From Coraliomargarita sp. (GTDB lineage: Bacteria > Verrucomicrobiota > Verrucomicrobiia > Opitutales > Coraliomargaritaceae), in NCBI GenBank assembly GCA_965216325.1, contig OZ244160.1, positions 2,784,001 to 2,848,000 on the forward strand: DNA of 64,000 nt, read 5' to 3'. Positions 50,281 through 60,395 of the stretch are shown piece by piece. The notes under the pieces were generated by a model. It was given only the letters and a program-made list of their open reading frames with translations. It did no database searches and was not told where the DNA came from. The translations under genes were made by a program, and so were the position numbers. Numbering within the stretch: the stretch's first letter is position 1; each line of letters opens with the position of its first letter.

Positions 50281-52520
50281 GCCCGTCTGCTGGAAAGTTC
50301 TTACTCCTTGGGGTCGGAGGCATGGGGATGGCCCCGCTTAGCGGATGGATGGCGCAGGCAGGGTATTCGGTCTGTGGATACGATGACTATTTGCAAGAGC
50401 CTGTGCGTCGCTTCTTGAGCGATTCGGGAGTTGAACTGCGTGACTTTATTTTTGCAGAGCAACTCTCCGAGTTTTCTGTAGTGGTGTATTCAAGTGCGTT
50501 GCAGCCCGATCATCCTCTCTTAAGCGCTGCCAAGGCACAGGGGCTTACCGTATTGCGTCGCGGCGAGATGCTGGCCCGCGTTGCGGAGACGAAACGCTTG
50601 ATCGCGGTTGTCGGAAGTCATGGCAAAACGACTACCTGCGGGATGATTGCGCATGGCATTCGTCGTTGTGGCATTGAGGCGGATTATATTGTCGGCGGTT
50701 TCTTTAATGATCGCTCCGTTCCGCCGAGTCAGTTTGTTGATAGCGAATGGCTGATTGCGGAGGTCGACGAGAGTGATGGCACGATTGATGGCTTTTCTCC
50801 TGAGGTGACCTTGGTGCTGAATATCGATTGGGATCATGCGGACCGTTATCAAACTTCGGATATGATTGATGGTGCGTTTTGCGAGCTGGTCGCACGCACG
50901 CAGCAGCAGGTTTTGGTGCCGGATGGTAGTGATTTGTTTGAGCGCTTGGCAACGCACACTCAGGCGAATGTGGTGACCTATGGTGCCGAGTTAGAGGCCC
51001 TCAATGCTGCGCCCGGTGGTGCTTTTAATCAGAGCAACGGCGCTGCGGCTTGCTCGGTTTTGAGCTTTTTGACAGATGCTGTGCTGCCCTTGGACGTGAT
51101 GAGTAGCTTTGGTGGTATTGCGCGTCGCCAGGCCGTTTTGCACGACTCATCTGAACTGACAATAGTGGAGGATTATGCGCATCACCCGACGGAGATCGAA
51201 GCCTTAGTCAAGGCACTGCGTGCGCAGGCCGATGGACGTCGTTTGGTGGTGGTCTTTCAATCGCACCGCTACTCGCGCACGAGGCAGTTTAAGTCTGAGT
51301 TTGCCGAGTCGCTAGTAGATGTTGATGAGCTCTTCTTGTTGCCAGTGTATCCGGCTCATGAACAAGTGCTGGAAGGTGGCGATGTGGAGTCACTACTTGC
51401 AGCATTTGATCCTGAGGTGGCTGAGTTGTTGAGCATGGATTTGGAAGGGCTTGGGCAATTGGCAGAAGCCGTGCAAGGCGAGCCTGCCTTGTTGGCTTTT
51501 GTAGGTGCGGGCGATCTGGATCAGTTTGGCGCTGTATTCACTTCATTGATACGCAGTGAATTCGATTTGGATGCTGCGTGGTTTGATTACCTCAAGGATC
51601 GTGTCTCGGAGGCATGCGTTCTGAAAGCGCAAGAGCCATTGGCGAATAAGACCACGATGCGGGTTGGTGGGGCGGCGCGCTTCTATGCGGAGCCGAGTAA
51701 TCTTTGCGACCTGCGTGCCTTGCTGAAGGCGACTGATTTGTTTGAGTTGCCGCATTTTACGCTGGGACGTGGATCTAACTTAGTGGTCCCTGATGCGGGA
51801 TACACCGGTTTGGTGATCCGCTTCTCCGGCCAAGCTTGGCGGCGGATTGAGGTCTTAAGCAATGGCCGCATTTGGGCGGGTGCCGGTGTGCGCCTGAAGG
51901 AAATCTGCGGGCAGGCGGCTAAGGCAGGGCTGGCAGGATTTGAGTTTCTGGAAGGCATTCCAGGCTCGCTGGGTGGCTCGCTACGCATGAACGCAGGGGC
52001 AATGGGGAACTGGATGTTTGATGTGGTGGAGCGTGTGCAGATGCTCGACGCAGAGACTAAACTGGTGGATTTGCCGAAGGACCACTTCCATTTCGGATAC
52101 CGCAAGGTTGAGGAAATTAGTGAAGGGATTGCACTGGGCGCGATTCTTTGTGCTGCCGATACTGAAACGACTGAGGCGATCCGCGAACGAATTGATACCT
52201 ATTCAAGCACGCGCAAGTCGTCACAGCCACGTGATCCGAGTGCTGGCTGCATTTTTAAGAATCCCGAGGGTAATTATGCAGGGAAGCTTGTTGATGAGCA
52301 TGGCATTAAAGGCATGTCGGTTGGTGCCGCAGAAGTGTCCGATGTGCATGGCAACTTTATCGTCAATAAGGGCGGTGCCACTTCGGCGGATGTCGTTGAG
52401 TTGGTGCGTCGAGTGCGGGCCAGAGTGAAGGAAGCATCCGGCTACGAGCTGGAGCCGGAAGTGCTTTTGTTGGGTCAGAGTTGGGAAGAGGTTTTAGCAG
52501 AAGGAGGTGACCATGTCTGA
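50277..52520 (+). CDS. murC-murB: MurC-MurB fusion protein
   Basis: N-part GVGGMGM, GSHGKTTT, EVDESDG, DYAHHPTE; C-part TTMRVGG, LGRGSN, GIPGSLGG..MNAGA, SAGCIFKNP, HGNF; start ATG 50277 overlaps the murG stop. Confidence 0.92.
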   Translation: MSPSAGKFLLLGVGGMGMAPLSGWMAQAGYSVCGYDDYLQEPVRRFLSDSGVELRDFIFAEQLSEFSVVVYSSALQPDHPLLSAAKAQGLTVLRRGEMLARVAETKRLIAVVGSHGKTTTCGMIAHGIRRCGIEADYIVGGFFNDRSVPPSQFVDSEWLIAEVDESDGTIDGFSPEVTLVLNIDWDHADRYQTSDMIDGAFCELVARTQQQVLVPDGSDLFERLATHTQANVVTYGAELEALNAAPGGAFNQSNGAAACSVLSFLTDAVLPLDVMSSFGGIARRQAVLHDSSELTIVEDYAHHPTEIEALVKALRAQADGRRLVVVFQSHRYSRTRQFKSEFAESLVDVDELFLLPVYPAHEQVLEGGDVESLLAAFDPEVAELLSMDLEGLGQLAEAVQGEPALLAFVGAGDLDQFGAVFTSLIRSEFDLDAAWFDYLKDRVSEACVLKAQEPLANKTTMRVGGAARFYAEPSNLCDLRALLKATDLFELPHFTLGRGSNLVVPDAGYTGLVIRFSGQAWRRIEVLSNGRIWAGAGVRLKEICGQAAKAGLAGFEFLEGIPGSLGGSLRMNAGAMGNWMFDVVERVQMLDAETKLVDLPKDHFHFGYRKVEEISEGIALGAILCAADTETTEAIRERIDTYSSTRKSSQPRDPSAGCIFKNPEGNYAGKLVDEHGIKGMSVGAAEVSDVHGNFIVNKGGATSADVVELVRRVRARVKEASGYELEPEVLLLGQSWEEVLAEGGDHV

Positions 52521-53433
52521 GCCCATTAAGATAGTCGTGTTGTATGGCGGTGTTGGCCCAGAGCGCGAAGTTTCGCTGAAGAGCGGTGAGGCGATTGGTC
52601 AGGCCTTGGCCGCAAATTTTGAGGTCGAGATGCTTTGTTTAGATGCGGAGCAACTGCCGGAGCCGATCGACGCGAAGACTACAATTGTGTTTCCAGCCTT
52701 GCACGGCACCTTTGGTGAAGACGGTCAATTGCAGGCCTTGATGGAAGCTGCCGGTGTGCACTTTGCAGGTAGCGGTTCTAAGGCAAGTCGTCTCTGCATG
52801 GATAAGGATCGCACTAAGCAGGTCGCTCGCGACCTCGGAGTGATAGTCCCCGAGGGGATGGCCTTTACTGGGAATGCGGTGCCACTTGCTGATGACGTGA
52901 TCGATCGCCTCGGAGAGTCTTTGGTCGTGAAGCCAACTGATAAGGGCAGCAGTGTTGGTTTGTACTTTACCGAGCATCGTTCCGCGCTAGGTGTGACACT
53001 TTCACAGATTCACGATGGCAATTGGCTGATCGAGCAACGCATTCGTGGCCGCGAGCTGACGGTTGGGCTGCTGAAAGGCAAAGCCATGGGCATCGTGGAG
53101 ATTGTCAGTGCCAGTGGTGTCTATGATTACGCTGCCAAATATACCCCGGGCTCAACGGAGTATCGTTTCCCTGCCGAGTTGGACGCAGCGCTGACCGCCA
53201 AGATTCAACAACAGGCAGAACAGATCTATGCGGCCTGCGATTGTCGCGATTTCGCCCGTGTGGACTTTTTGTTGGATGGCGCGGATGCTTATTTCCTTGA
53301 AGTCAATACACTGCCGGGACTGACCGCGACGAGTTTGTTGCCCAAGAGTGCATCCTGTGTGGGCTATGATTTTGCGGTCCTAGCCGCTGAACTCGTTGCT
53401 GGAGCACTTGCTCGGAAGGAGGCCTCGCAATGA
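52513..53433 (+). CDS. ddl: D-alanine--D-alanine ligase
   Basis: GGVGPEREVS, LHGTFGEDG, GSSVG, YDYAAKY, LEVNTLPG. Confidence 0.96.
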   Translation: MSEPIKIVVLYGGVGPEREVSLKSGEAIGQALAANFEVEMLCLDAEQLPEPIDAKTTIVFPALHGTFGEDGQLQALMEAAGVHFAGSGSKASRLCMDKDRTKQVARDLGVIVPEGMAFTGNAVPLADDVIDRLGESLVVKPTDKGSSVGLYFTEHRSALGVTLSQIHDGNWLIEQRIRGRELTVGLLKGKAMGIVEIVSASGVYDYAAKYTPGSTEYRFPAELDAALTAKIQQQAEQIYAACDCRDFARVDFLLDGADAYFLEVNTLPGLTATSLLPKSASCVGYDFAVLAAELVAGALARKEASQ

Positions 53434-54365
53434 TCGGTCGCGGTAAAGAGAAGAGTTCCAGCGCGCCGGATGGGGCACAGAGCTGGCGTGAGTTGGCTGG
53501 CCCGAGTAAGCGTCGCATTAATTCGCCGCAGGCGCGCAAGCGTCGTCAGCAGAAGTTGCTGAAATTACTTGGACTGTTTGCTGCGGTGCTGGCGGTGGTC
53601 GGATTGATTTCCTTTGCTGTGGTGAAGTTTAATCAGCGCGAGACTGAGATTTCGATTACGCCGCCGTCGAAGCCGATTGAGCAGATCCTATTCGATACCA
53701 ACGGCGTCTTGCCGGATGCATGGCTGAGTAAGGTCGTGAAGATTAAGCCGGGCATGGCCCTGATGGAAGCGGACATCCATGGTCTGAAGGCACAGCTTGA
53801 AGCACAGGGGCAGGTCGCACGCGCGTCGGTTGAGCGAGTGTTTCCGAATGCCCTTCGCATTAAGCTCGAAGAACGTCTGCCTGTGTTACGTATGGCGGTT
53901 GCGATGCCGGATGGCCGCGCACGAGCACGTATCGTTGCCAAAGATGGAACGGTTTATGATGGCATTGGCTACAGTAAGTCGACGCTGGCGAATTTACCCT
54001 ATGTGCAGCCCTATATTCACTCCGATGGCAGTGTCGAACCGATGGGAGGTATCGATCGTGTCGCTGAGCTTTTGGAACTCGCACGGCAGACCCAGCCACA
54101 CATCTTTAAAACCTGGCAGGTCGTTTCTCTAAAGCACTATTCCGGAGATCTCGATATGCCGGGGCAGGTGATTGAAATCCGCTCCAGTTATGTGCCGCGC
54201 ATCATCTTTAGTGCCACGCGTGATTTCGGGCAGCAGATGGATCGCTTGGTGTATATTTTCAAACATGTGAAGGAGCGCGGAAATCCTTCTATGGAACGGA
54301 TCGATCTTTCTTTACGCGGTGCCGCTGCCGTGCAGTTTAGCAGTGGTCGTATCAGCTCATACTGA
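53430..54365 (+). CDS. ftsQ: Cell division protein FtsQ/DivIB
   Basis: TM plus POTRA (ASVERVFPNALRIKLEERLP), IDLS near the C-terminus; between ddl and ftsA. Confidence 0.85.
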   Translation: MIGRGKEKSSSAPDGAQSWRELAGPSKRRINSPQARKRRQQKLLKLLGLFAAVLAVVGLISFAVVKFNQRETEISITPPSKPIEQILFDTNGVLPDAWLSKVVKIKPGMALMEADIHGLKAQLEAQGQVARASVERVFPNALRIKLEERLPVLRMAVAMPDGRARARIVAKDGTVYDGIGYSKSTLANLPYVQPYIHSDGSVEPMGGIDRVAELLELARQTQPHIFKTWQVVSLKHYSGDLDMPGQVIEIRSSYVPRIIFSATRDFGQQMDRLVYIFKHVKERGNPSMERIDLSLRGAAAVQFSSGRISSY

Positions 54366-54386
54366 CCTAACCCAACGTCAATCTAC

Positions 54387-55601
54387 ATGCCTCAATCCAA
54401 AGTAGTCGGTGCAGTCGAAATCGGGACCTCCAAGGTCGCGGTCTTGCTCGGCGAAATTATTGGCGATGCGGGGCTGAATATCATCGGGCACAGCACCTGT
54501 TCGTCCAAGGGGGTGAAGAAGGGGATGATTGCCGATCTCAATATAGCCAGCGACTGCGTGCATGCGGCGATCACCAGCGCAGAGAAGAACGCGCAGACCC
54601 GGATCGATGAAATTTATCTGTCCCAAACGGGCAGCCATCTTCAGGGCGCGTTTAATGTAGGCACTGCCAATGTCGGGGCATCGGATGGCATCGTGCGTAT
54701 GGCGGACATGGAGCAAGCCAAGCAGGATGCAAAGCGTCGTGGCTTACCCAACTCCCGCACCTACATTCACCATATTCAAAATCCGTTCAGCTTGGATGGT
54801 CGCCCTGTGGAGAATCCGCTTTCGCAGGAGGGGCAGCGCCTCCAGGTCGGCTATTGGTCGGTGCATGGGGATAGCCAGGTGGTTAAGGACAACTTGCGCG
54901 TGATCGGTGGCATCGATCTCGACGTGAGTGACATGATTATTTCCAGCATCGCTTCCGGATCCGTTCTCTTGGAGGACTCGGAAAAGGAAGCCGGTGCACT
55001 GGTTATCGATATTGGTGGAGGCACGACCGACTATGTGCTCTACCGCAAGGGCTTCATTGTGAAAACCGGTGTGGTTCCTGTAGGCGGTGACCACATTACC
55101 AACGATTTGAGTATCGGTTTGCGCGTTGGGCGCAAGAATGCCGAAGAGCTCAAGGTGAAGAACGGCCGCGCTTTCTATCAAAGTGAAGATCGTGAGGAAA
55201 GCGTTTGGTTGATCGGTGATCTGACCATCGGCGACCGTGAGTATCCACTCGCTGCGATTACCAAGATCATCGACGCGCGGGTAGGGGAGATTTTTGAAAT
55301 TATCAAAGCGCAGCTGGAAGAGGCCGAATTGTTCGAAGCCTCCGATATCGCAGGCGGCGTCGTCTTAACTGGCGGCAGTTCGCGTCTCAACGGGATCGGT
55401 GAGGCTGCTCACAAAGCCTTCGGTCTCGAAGCCCGTGTCTCTGAAGGGCCACAAGATGTGGCGCCGGAGCTTCGCCTGCCAGAATACAGCACGGCGCTCG
55501 GTTTACTGCACTATGCACTGACCGGACAGAGTGAAAGCCGCCAAGTCGCTAAGCCAACCGGACTCCTGCGCCGACTCACCAGCGTCTTCAGCCTCGATTA
55601 A
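54387..55601 (+). CDS. ftsA: Cell division protein FtsA
   Basis: [32 protein letters not shown], amphipathic C-terminus. Confidence 0.95.
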   Translation: MPQSKVVGAVEIGTSKVAVLLGEIIGDAGLNIIGHSTCSSKGVKKGMIADLNIASDCVHAAITSAEKNAQTRIDEIYLSQTGSHLQGAFNVGTANVGASDGIVRMADMEQAKQDAKRRGLPNSRTYIHHIQNPFSLDGRPVENPLSQEGQRLQVGYWSVHGDSQVVKDNLRVIGGIDLDVSDMIISSIASGSVLLEDSEKEAGALVIDIGGGTTDYVLYRKGFIVKTGVVPVGGDHITNDLSIGLRVGRKNAEELKVKNGRAFYQSEDREESVWLIGDLTIGDREYPLAAITKIIDARVGEIFEIIKAQLEEAELFEASDIAGGVVLTGGSSRLNGIGEAAHKAFGLEARVSEGPQDVAPELRLPEYSTALGLLHYALTGQSESRQVAKPTGLLRRLTSVFSLD

Positions 55602-55607
55602 TTTTCC

Positions 55608-56876
55608 GTGGATACCACACCTGACAGTTTATTCGATCAAGAAACCGTAACGGCCGATCTGAAGATTAAGATCATTGGTCTTGGTGGTGCGGGCACCAAT
55701 GCAGTCGACGGACTCAAGCTCGATGATTTAGGTGATGTGCGTTTGGCCGCCATCAATACCGATGCACAGGCGCTGGGGAATTCACCGATTGCGGAGAAGC
55801 TAGTCATCGGCCGCTCCGTCACGCGCGGTCTGGGCGCTGGGGGTGAAGTTGAAATTGGAAAGAAGGCCGCCGAGGCGGACCGCGATGCGATCGCACGCAT
55901 GATCGCCGATATGGATTTGATCATCCTGATCGTTGGCTTGGGTGGCGGCACAGGTAGCGCGATTGCGCCGATCATTGCGGAACTCGCCGCCAAGACGGAT
56001 GCCGTGGTGCTCGCCTTTGCGACTTTGCCGTTTACCTTCGAAGGCGCGCGTCGCAAACGGATTGCCGAAGAAAGCCTCGGCGAGTTGCGCAGCCTGGTAC
56101 ATGGCCTCATTCCTTTGCCGAACGATATGCTGCTACAAGAGGGCGACGAAAGCACCAGTGTGCTGAATGCCTTTTCGGTGGCGGATCAATGGATCGGTCG
56201 CGGAGTGAACTCGCTGTGCGCGATGCTGCTCAAGACTGGACTGATCAATCAGGACATCAGTTCGCTGCGTTCGGTCTTTCAGAATCGCGGCGGTAAGACC
56301 ATTTTCGGCACAGGTATCGCCAGGGGCGGTGACTTTGTGAAGCACGCCTTGGAGGACCTGTTGATTTGCCCGCTGCTACACATGGGTGATCGGCCGAAAG
56401 AACTCGATCGTATATTGGTTAATGTGATCGGCGGCCCAGATCTCGGCATCGCTAAGGTCAACGAGATCATGTCGCATGTCTCCAAGAGCTTTGGTTCGCG
56501 GGATGATCTGGTCTTCGGAGCGGTGATCGATGAAGCACGCAGTGAAAGCCTTGAAATTTGCGTCTTGGGTAAGGCGGAGCTTGAGAAGCCCGCTGCTCCT
56601 GAGCTGGAGCTTCCGACCGAGTCCGCGCCGCAATCACTGGAAGCGCTCGGGCTCGAGAGCGAGATCGCCCAGGACAACAAGCCGCCGCGTCCCGTGCATC
56701 AGTCGAAGCTGCGTAAAAAGAAAGAGGTCGCAGCCGATCAAGACGAATTCAACTTTATCGAAGTGGACGCTCAGCGCGGCTATTTCGAGAAGACCGATCG
56801 CAATCTCTACAATGACGAAGATCTGGACGTGCCCACTTACCTGCGTAAGGGGATAAAGATCAAGATTAAGGTCTGA
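55608..56876 (+). CDS. ftsZ: Cell division protein FtsZ (divergent T7 loop)
   Basis: [33 protein letters not shown]-terminal [10 protein letters not shown]. Confidence 0.93.
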   Translation: MDTTPDSLFDQETVTADLKIKIIGLGGAGTNAVDGLKLDDLGDVRLAAINTDAQALGNSPIAEKLVIGRSVTRGLGAGGEVEIGKKAAEADRDAIARMIADMDLIILIVGLGGGTGSAIAPIIAELAAKTDAVVLAFATLPFTFEGARRKRIAEESLGELRSLVHGLIPLPNDMLLQEGDESTSVLNAFSVADQWIGRGVNSLCAMLLKTGLINQDISSLRSVFQNRGGKTIFGTGIARGGDFVKHALEDLLICPLLHMGDRPKELDRILVNVIGGPDLGIAKVNEIMSHVSKSFGSRDDLVFGAVIDEARSESLEICVLGKAELEKPAAPELELPTESAPQSLEALGLESEIAQDNKPPRPVHQSKLRKKKEVAADQDEFNFIEVDAQRGYFEKTDRNLYNDEDLDVPTYLRKGIKIKIKV

Positions 56877-56882
56877 GTTAGC

Positions 56883-57007
56883 ACCACCCCGTCTCGCTCT
56901 GTGATCCACCCCTCCTCGTCAAGGAGGGGAGTTTTAAGCTTCTCTTCAGATAAGAAAGCTACTCCCCGGCTAAGGGGAGATGTCTTAGCTAGATAAGACG
57001 GAGAGGT
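56883..57007. repeat. Degenerate inverted pair of REP-like palindromes
   Basis: ACCACCCCGTCT...CCCCTCCTCGTCAAGGAGGGGAG and its inverted relative CTCCCCGGCTAAGGGGAG...AGACGGAGAGGT. Confidence 0.5.
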
Positions 57008-57119
57008 ATATCAGTTCGCTCATTCATAATAATGTGACCCAGCGATTTCACCCTAAATTAACGTAATTTGACGTGCATTAACGGTTAATAATCATTTTCT
57101 TAGGGACTGACAGGTCACT

Positions 57120-57512
57120 ATGAGTACAGAACCCATCGATCCGGGCATGCATAAGAATAAAGGCGCGAAGCGTGTCTTTAGGGCCTTCTTTTATTCTATG
57201 GATGGCATTCTCTCTGCCTTTAAGCATGAGGCCGCCTTCCGTCAGGAGCTGGTGCTGGCGACCTTAATGATTCCTGTATCGTTTTTGCTCAACGTGCCGC
57301 TGATGCATCACCTCGTCTTGGTGTGCTCTGTCTTGTTGGTGCTGATTGTTGAGCTACTGAATTCAGCGATCGAAGCAGTGGTGGACGATATTTCTCTGAG
57401 CAACCGTCCTTTAGCAAAGCGCGCCAAGGACCTGGGGAGTGCGGCGGTATTTATCAGCTTGATGAACTGTTTGATCTGCTGGGTCTCCGTGATCGTCGTT
57501 AACTGGGGCTGA
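57120..57512 (+). CDS. dgkA: Diacylglycerol kinase
   Basis: HEAAFRQE, ELLNSAIEAVVD, AKDLGSAAV. Confidence 0.95.
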   Translation: MSTEPIDPGMHKNKGAKRVFRAFFYSMDGILSAFKHEAAFRQELVLATLMIPVSFLLNVPLMHHLVLVCSVLLVLIVELLNSAIEAVVDDISLSNRPLAKRAKDLGSAAVFISLMNCLICWVSVIVVNWG

Positions 57513-57553
57513 CAGGAGCTATCACTTGGCTTCGTCAATGAGCCCACCAATTA

Positions 57554-57610
57554 CATGAACGTGGAGATCTGGCGACGGCGTTAGCCGTTGCTCAATGAAT
57601 CTGGTTAGCT
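57554..57610 (-). repeat. attC site 1 (terminal, unoccupied, partly degenerate)
   Basis: Minus strand: R'' AGCTAAC 10 nt after the cassette stop, hairpin GGCGACGGC/GCCGTTGCT, R' GTTCATG; R'' is complementary to the cassette-start GTTAGCT at 57877-57871. Confidence 0.8.
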
Positions 57611-57620
57611 CTGGGTTTGC

Positions 57621-57857
57621 CTAGCGGCGTCCTTCGTTGAGTGCTTTCTTCAATTCCTCTTCAGACCTGAATTCTTCTTTTTCTTTTGGTCCGAAGGCAA
57701 TGTAGAGGAGTAGTCCGAGTGCGTTGAGAGTGCATAAGACTACAGTCCAACAAATTTTATCTGTTGGCTCGATTTCTTCACTTTTGAGATGGGCAATCAG
57801 TGCCCAAAGCCAAGCTAGCTGAATCAACGCTATGATAATAATCCAAGTGGTGTTCAT
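57621..57857 (-). CDS. Cassette gene: small membrane protein with PLDc_N-like domain
   Basis: W.WALI...DKICW...LNALGLLLY..G pattern; no promoter, ATG 13 nt after GTTAGCT. Confidence 0.75.
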   Translation of the reverse strand: MNTTWIIIIALIQLAWLWALIAHLKSEEIEPTDKICWTVVLCTLNALGLLLYIAFGPKEKEEFRSEEELKKALNEGRR

Positions 57858-57870
57858 TTCTTATTCTTTT

Positions 57871-57919
<49 letters not shown>

Positions 57920-58029
57920 TTGAACAAAGCCGCTGCGCGGCGGCTGTTGGTTAAGTGCTTGGGCGTCTTGGTGGGTGGTTTCTAAAGTCAAAAGTTCCGG
58001 GCTAGGCTGAGTTGCCCCAACCTGCCCGG

Positions 58030-58996
58030 ATGAAAAAAAAATACCAAATCATCAAAGACTCAGTGTTCGCAAACGTATCAACAGTTCTATGCGCATGTCC
58101 ATAGCAAAGCTCACTCGCCTCGTAGTCGTAAGGCTTATCTGGATTGGGTCAATCGCTTGGGCGAGCACTACCAACCGAAGGGCCCGGGGTTGCGCCGTCT
58201 ATCGGAACGTCAGGTGTTGGACTATCTGATCTACCTGCGCGACGACCAAAAGCTGGCCGCGTCAACGGTGAATCAGGCGCTGGTGCCGATTCGGACGCTT
58301 TACCGTGATGTGCTGGCCCGGGAGTGGAAGCTGTGGTCGGAGTTCACGCTGCAGCGGCGCGAGCCTTTGCCGAGCGTGCTCACGCGCGACGAGGTGCGGC
58401 GTGTGCTGGCCTGTGTGCATGAGGGTCGCTTTCGGGCGGTGCTCTCGCTGATCTATCACTGTGGTTTGCGTTTACAGGAGGCCTTGCAGCTCAAGCCGAC
58501 GGATATCGACTCTGGACGCGGCGTCGTTCGCGTGCGCCATGGCAAGGGCAACAAGGCGCGTGAGGTGCCGATTTGCCCGGCAATGGTCAAGCGGTTGCGG
58601 GCATTTTATAAGTGCCACCGCAATCCGGACTGGCTGTTCCCTGGCGTGGGGCGCGGCTGGAAGCAGTCAGGCATCTCTCAGGCGCAGGCGATGCACCGCA
58701 GCGCCAAGCCGATGAGCAGCTCGGCGCTGGAGATGGCGATGCGGATCATCCGCGCCAATAGTGGCATCAACAAGCACTTCACGGTGCATACCTTGCGGCA
58801 TAGTTTTGCCACACATTTGCTGGAGGACGGGGTGTCGATTCGTCAGGTCAGTCGCTATCTCGGCCACTCGGAACTGAAGAGCACGCTGGTGTATCTGCAT
58901 GTAACCGAGCTAAGTGAAGAAGGTGGCCGCCAGAGCCAGAGCGCACTGTTTGACAGTGTGATCGCTCCGGCCTTGTCGAAGCGCAGCAAGCGTTGA
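58030..58996 (+). CDS. Tyrosine recombinase (phage-integrase family), frameshifted in an A9 run right after ATG 58030
   Basis: GLR, GKG, HTLRH, LGH and Y catalytic residues; the frame of ORF 58157 stays open back to 58034 and encodes a SAM-like N-domain (HSPRSRKAYLDWVNRLGEHY). Confidence 0.85.
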
Positions 58997-60096
58997 GGCT
59001 GGCCGATCTACTGCGGCGGCATTGGCCGGAGTATGTCAGCGCGCGCGGCGGGGCACACAAGATCCCTGCCGCACACTGGCGAGCAGTCGAAGCCGTCTTG
59101 AGTTGTCGCACGTCTAGATTGGGCGGGCATGTGCACCTGTGTGCCAGTTGCGAGCGTGAGCACTATGTGTATCACAGCTGCAACCATCGAGCCTGTCCGA
59201 GTTGTGGAGGGCGCACGCAGCAGCTGTGGTCAGCACGCCAACAGGCTCGCCGCTTACCGGTGCCATACTTCATGCTGACCTTCACGGTGCCCGAGCAACT
59301 GCGCGGGTTCTTCCTGCGCTACGACCGGGTCGCCTATCAGTTGTTGTTCGCGGCCAGCTCTGGAGCGATCAAAGAACTGTTTGCCAATCCGAAGCACTTT
59401 GGTGGCGAGCCGGGCTTTGTGGCGGTGCTGCATACGTGGACACGGCAAGTGCAGTATCACCCGCATGTGCACGTGCTCGTGCCTGCCGCTGCACTCAGCC
59501 AGAGCGGATGCGAAGTAATCCGCGCCAAGCACGAGAACTACCTGTTGCCGTATGCCGCGCTGGCGCGCAGCTATCGCGACCAGTTCCTGCGTGCGTTGCG
59601 CGAGAAACATCCGGGCCGGTCTGCTGAACTGGATCCACAACTCGCGCGTATGGATTGGAACGTGAACGTTCAACCGGTTGGTCGTGGCAAACGTGCACTA
59701 CGCTACCTCGCGGCGTATGTGGGCAAGAGCGCCTTCAGTGAAGAACGTCTGGCTGGTTACGATGCGCAAGGGCGTGTGCGGCTATGGTGGACCGATTCGG
59801 CTACGGGCCAGCGCAGGCTGATGGCTCTTGAGCCCGCCGAGCTGATACGCCGCTGGCTGCTGCATGTTCTGCCCAAGGGGCTGACACGCGTGCGGCACTA
59901 TGGCACCCTCTCAGCTGCCGCGCGGGATAAATACCGCAGGCTGCGCTTCCTGCTCGGCGGCCGTGCACCTGCGATCCAACTACCTGAAGAACAGCCTCTG
60001 CGTTGTCCTTGTTGCGAGGGGCAGCTGCACCGCGTCGGCAAGCTCCGTCCAGTCCGTGGCCCACCGCTGAGCACCGCCTTACTTTACCGCAAATGA
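58993..60096 (+). CDS. IS91-family rolling-circle (Y2/HUH) transposase
   Basis: Zn-binding CASC and SCNHRACPSC, FMLTFTVP, LHTW...YHPHVH HUH motif, YLAAY (YxxxY), RVRHYG, CPCC; TTG start overlaps the recombinase stop. Confidence 0.92.
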   Translation: MRLADLLRRHWPEYVSARGGAHKIPAAHWRAVEAVLSCRTSRLGGHVHLCASCEREHYVYHSCNHRACPSCGGRTQQLWSARQQARRLPVPYFMLTFTVPEQLRGFFLRYDRVAYQLLFAASSGAIKELFANPKHFGGEPGFVAVLHTWTRQVQYHPHVHVLVPAAALSQSGCEVIRAKHENYLLPYAALARSYRDQFLRALREKHPGRSAELDPQLARMDWNVNVQPVGRGKRALRYLAAYVGKSAFSEERLAGYDAQGRVRLWWTDSATGQRRLMALEPAELIRRWLLHVLPKGLTRVRHYGTLSAAARDKYRRLRFLLGGRAPAIQLPEEQPLRCPCCEGQLHRVGKLRPVRGPPLSTALLYRK

Positions 60097-60289
60097 TCAA
60101 CCGTGTTCAACAGACAGGCCGCAGCCCCGAATCCCATCAGATTTGGGCCGTGCTTGCTTGTGCCCGTTTTTGGGATGTATCCGTAGCGTGGATACGAAAA
60201 CGCCATTATTTAGCTGCGCCCACACCAACTCTCTGTGCTGATGTGGTTTTACGGCATGATGCCGGAAAACCACATGCCTGCCGCAGCTT

Positions 60290-60310
60290 GAGATTTACAA
60301 ATCTCCTAGC
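60290..60310 (+). other. oriIS-like motif (candidate HUH nick site)
   Basis: GAGATTT-AC-AAATCTC hairpin plus CTAG about 200 nt downstream of the transposase; resembles the AAATTCCTAT-type oriIS end. Confidence 0.5.
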
Positions 60311-60395
60311 CGCGTCGATCCGAACGCCCCTCCAGCAGTGCCGCCAAAAGCGTTTCGCATATACTAAGCCGCGCCGTTAATCCAAGGGCGGGCTT

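Noticed and set aside
58030..58996. Calling this recombinase the integron integrase IntI of the array
   Set aside because: It lacks the IntI-specific insertion (the LPxALxRKYP-type segment) before WLFP, is coupled to a Y2 transposase, and lies inside the array rather than next to an attI.
57922..60310. A plain IS91 insertion running from GAAC (57922) to the oriIS-like motif
   Set aside because: No GAAC/CAAG target follows the motif, and removing this span does not restore the host attC, whereas removing 57920-60445 does. Not fully excluded without other copies.
60003..60380. 125-aa ORF downstream of the transposase as a third element gene
   Set aside because: It overlaps the transposase 3' end, has no recognisable motif, and spans the candidate ori region.
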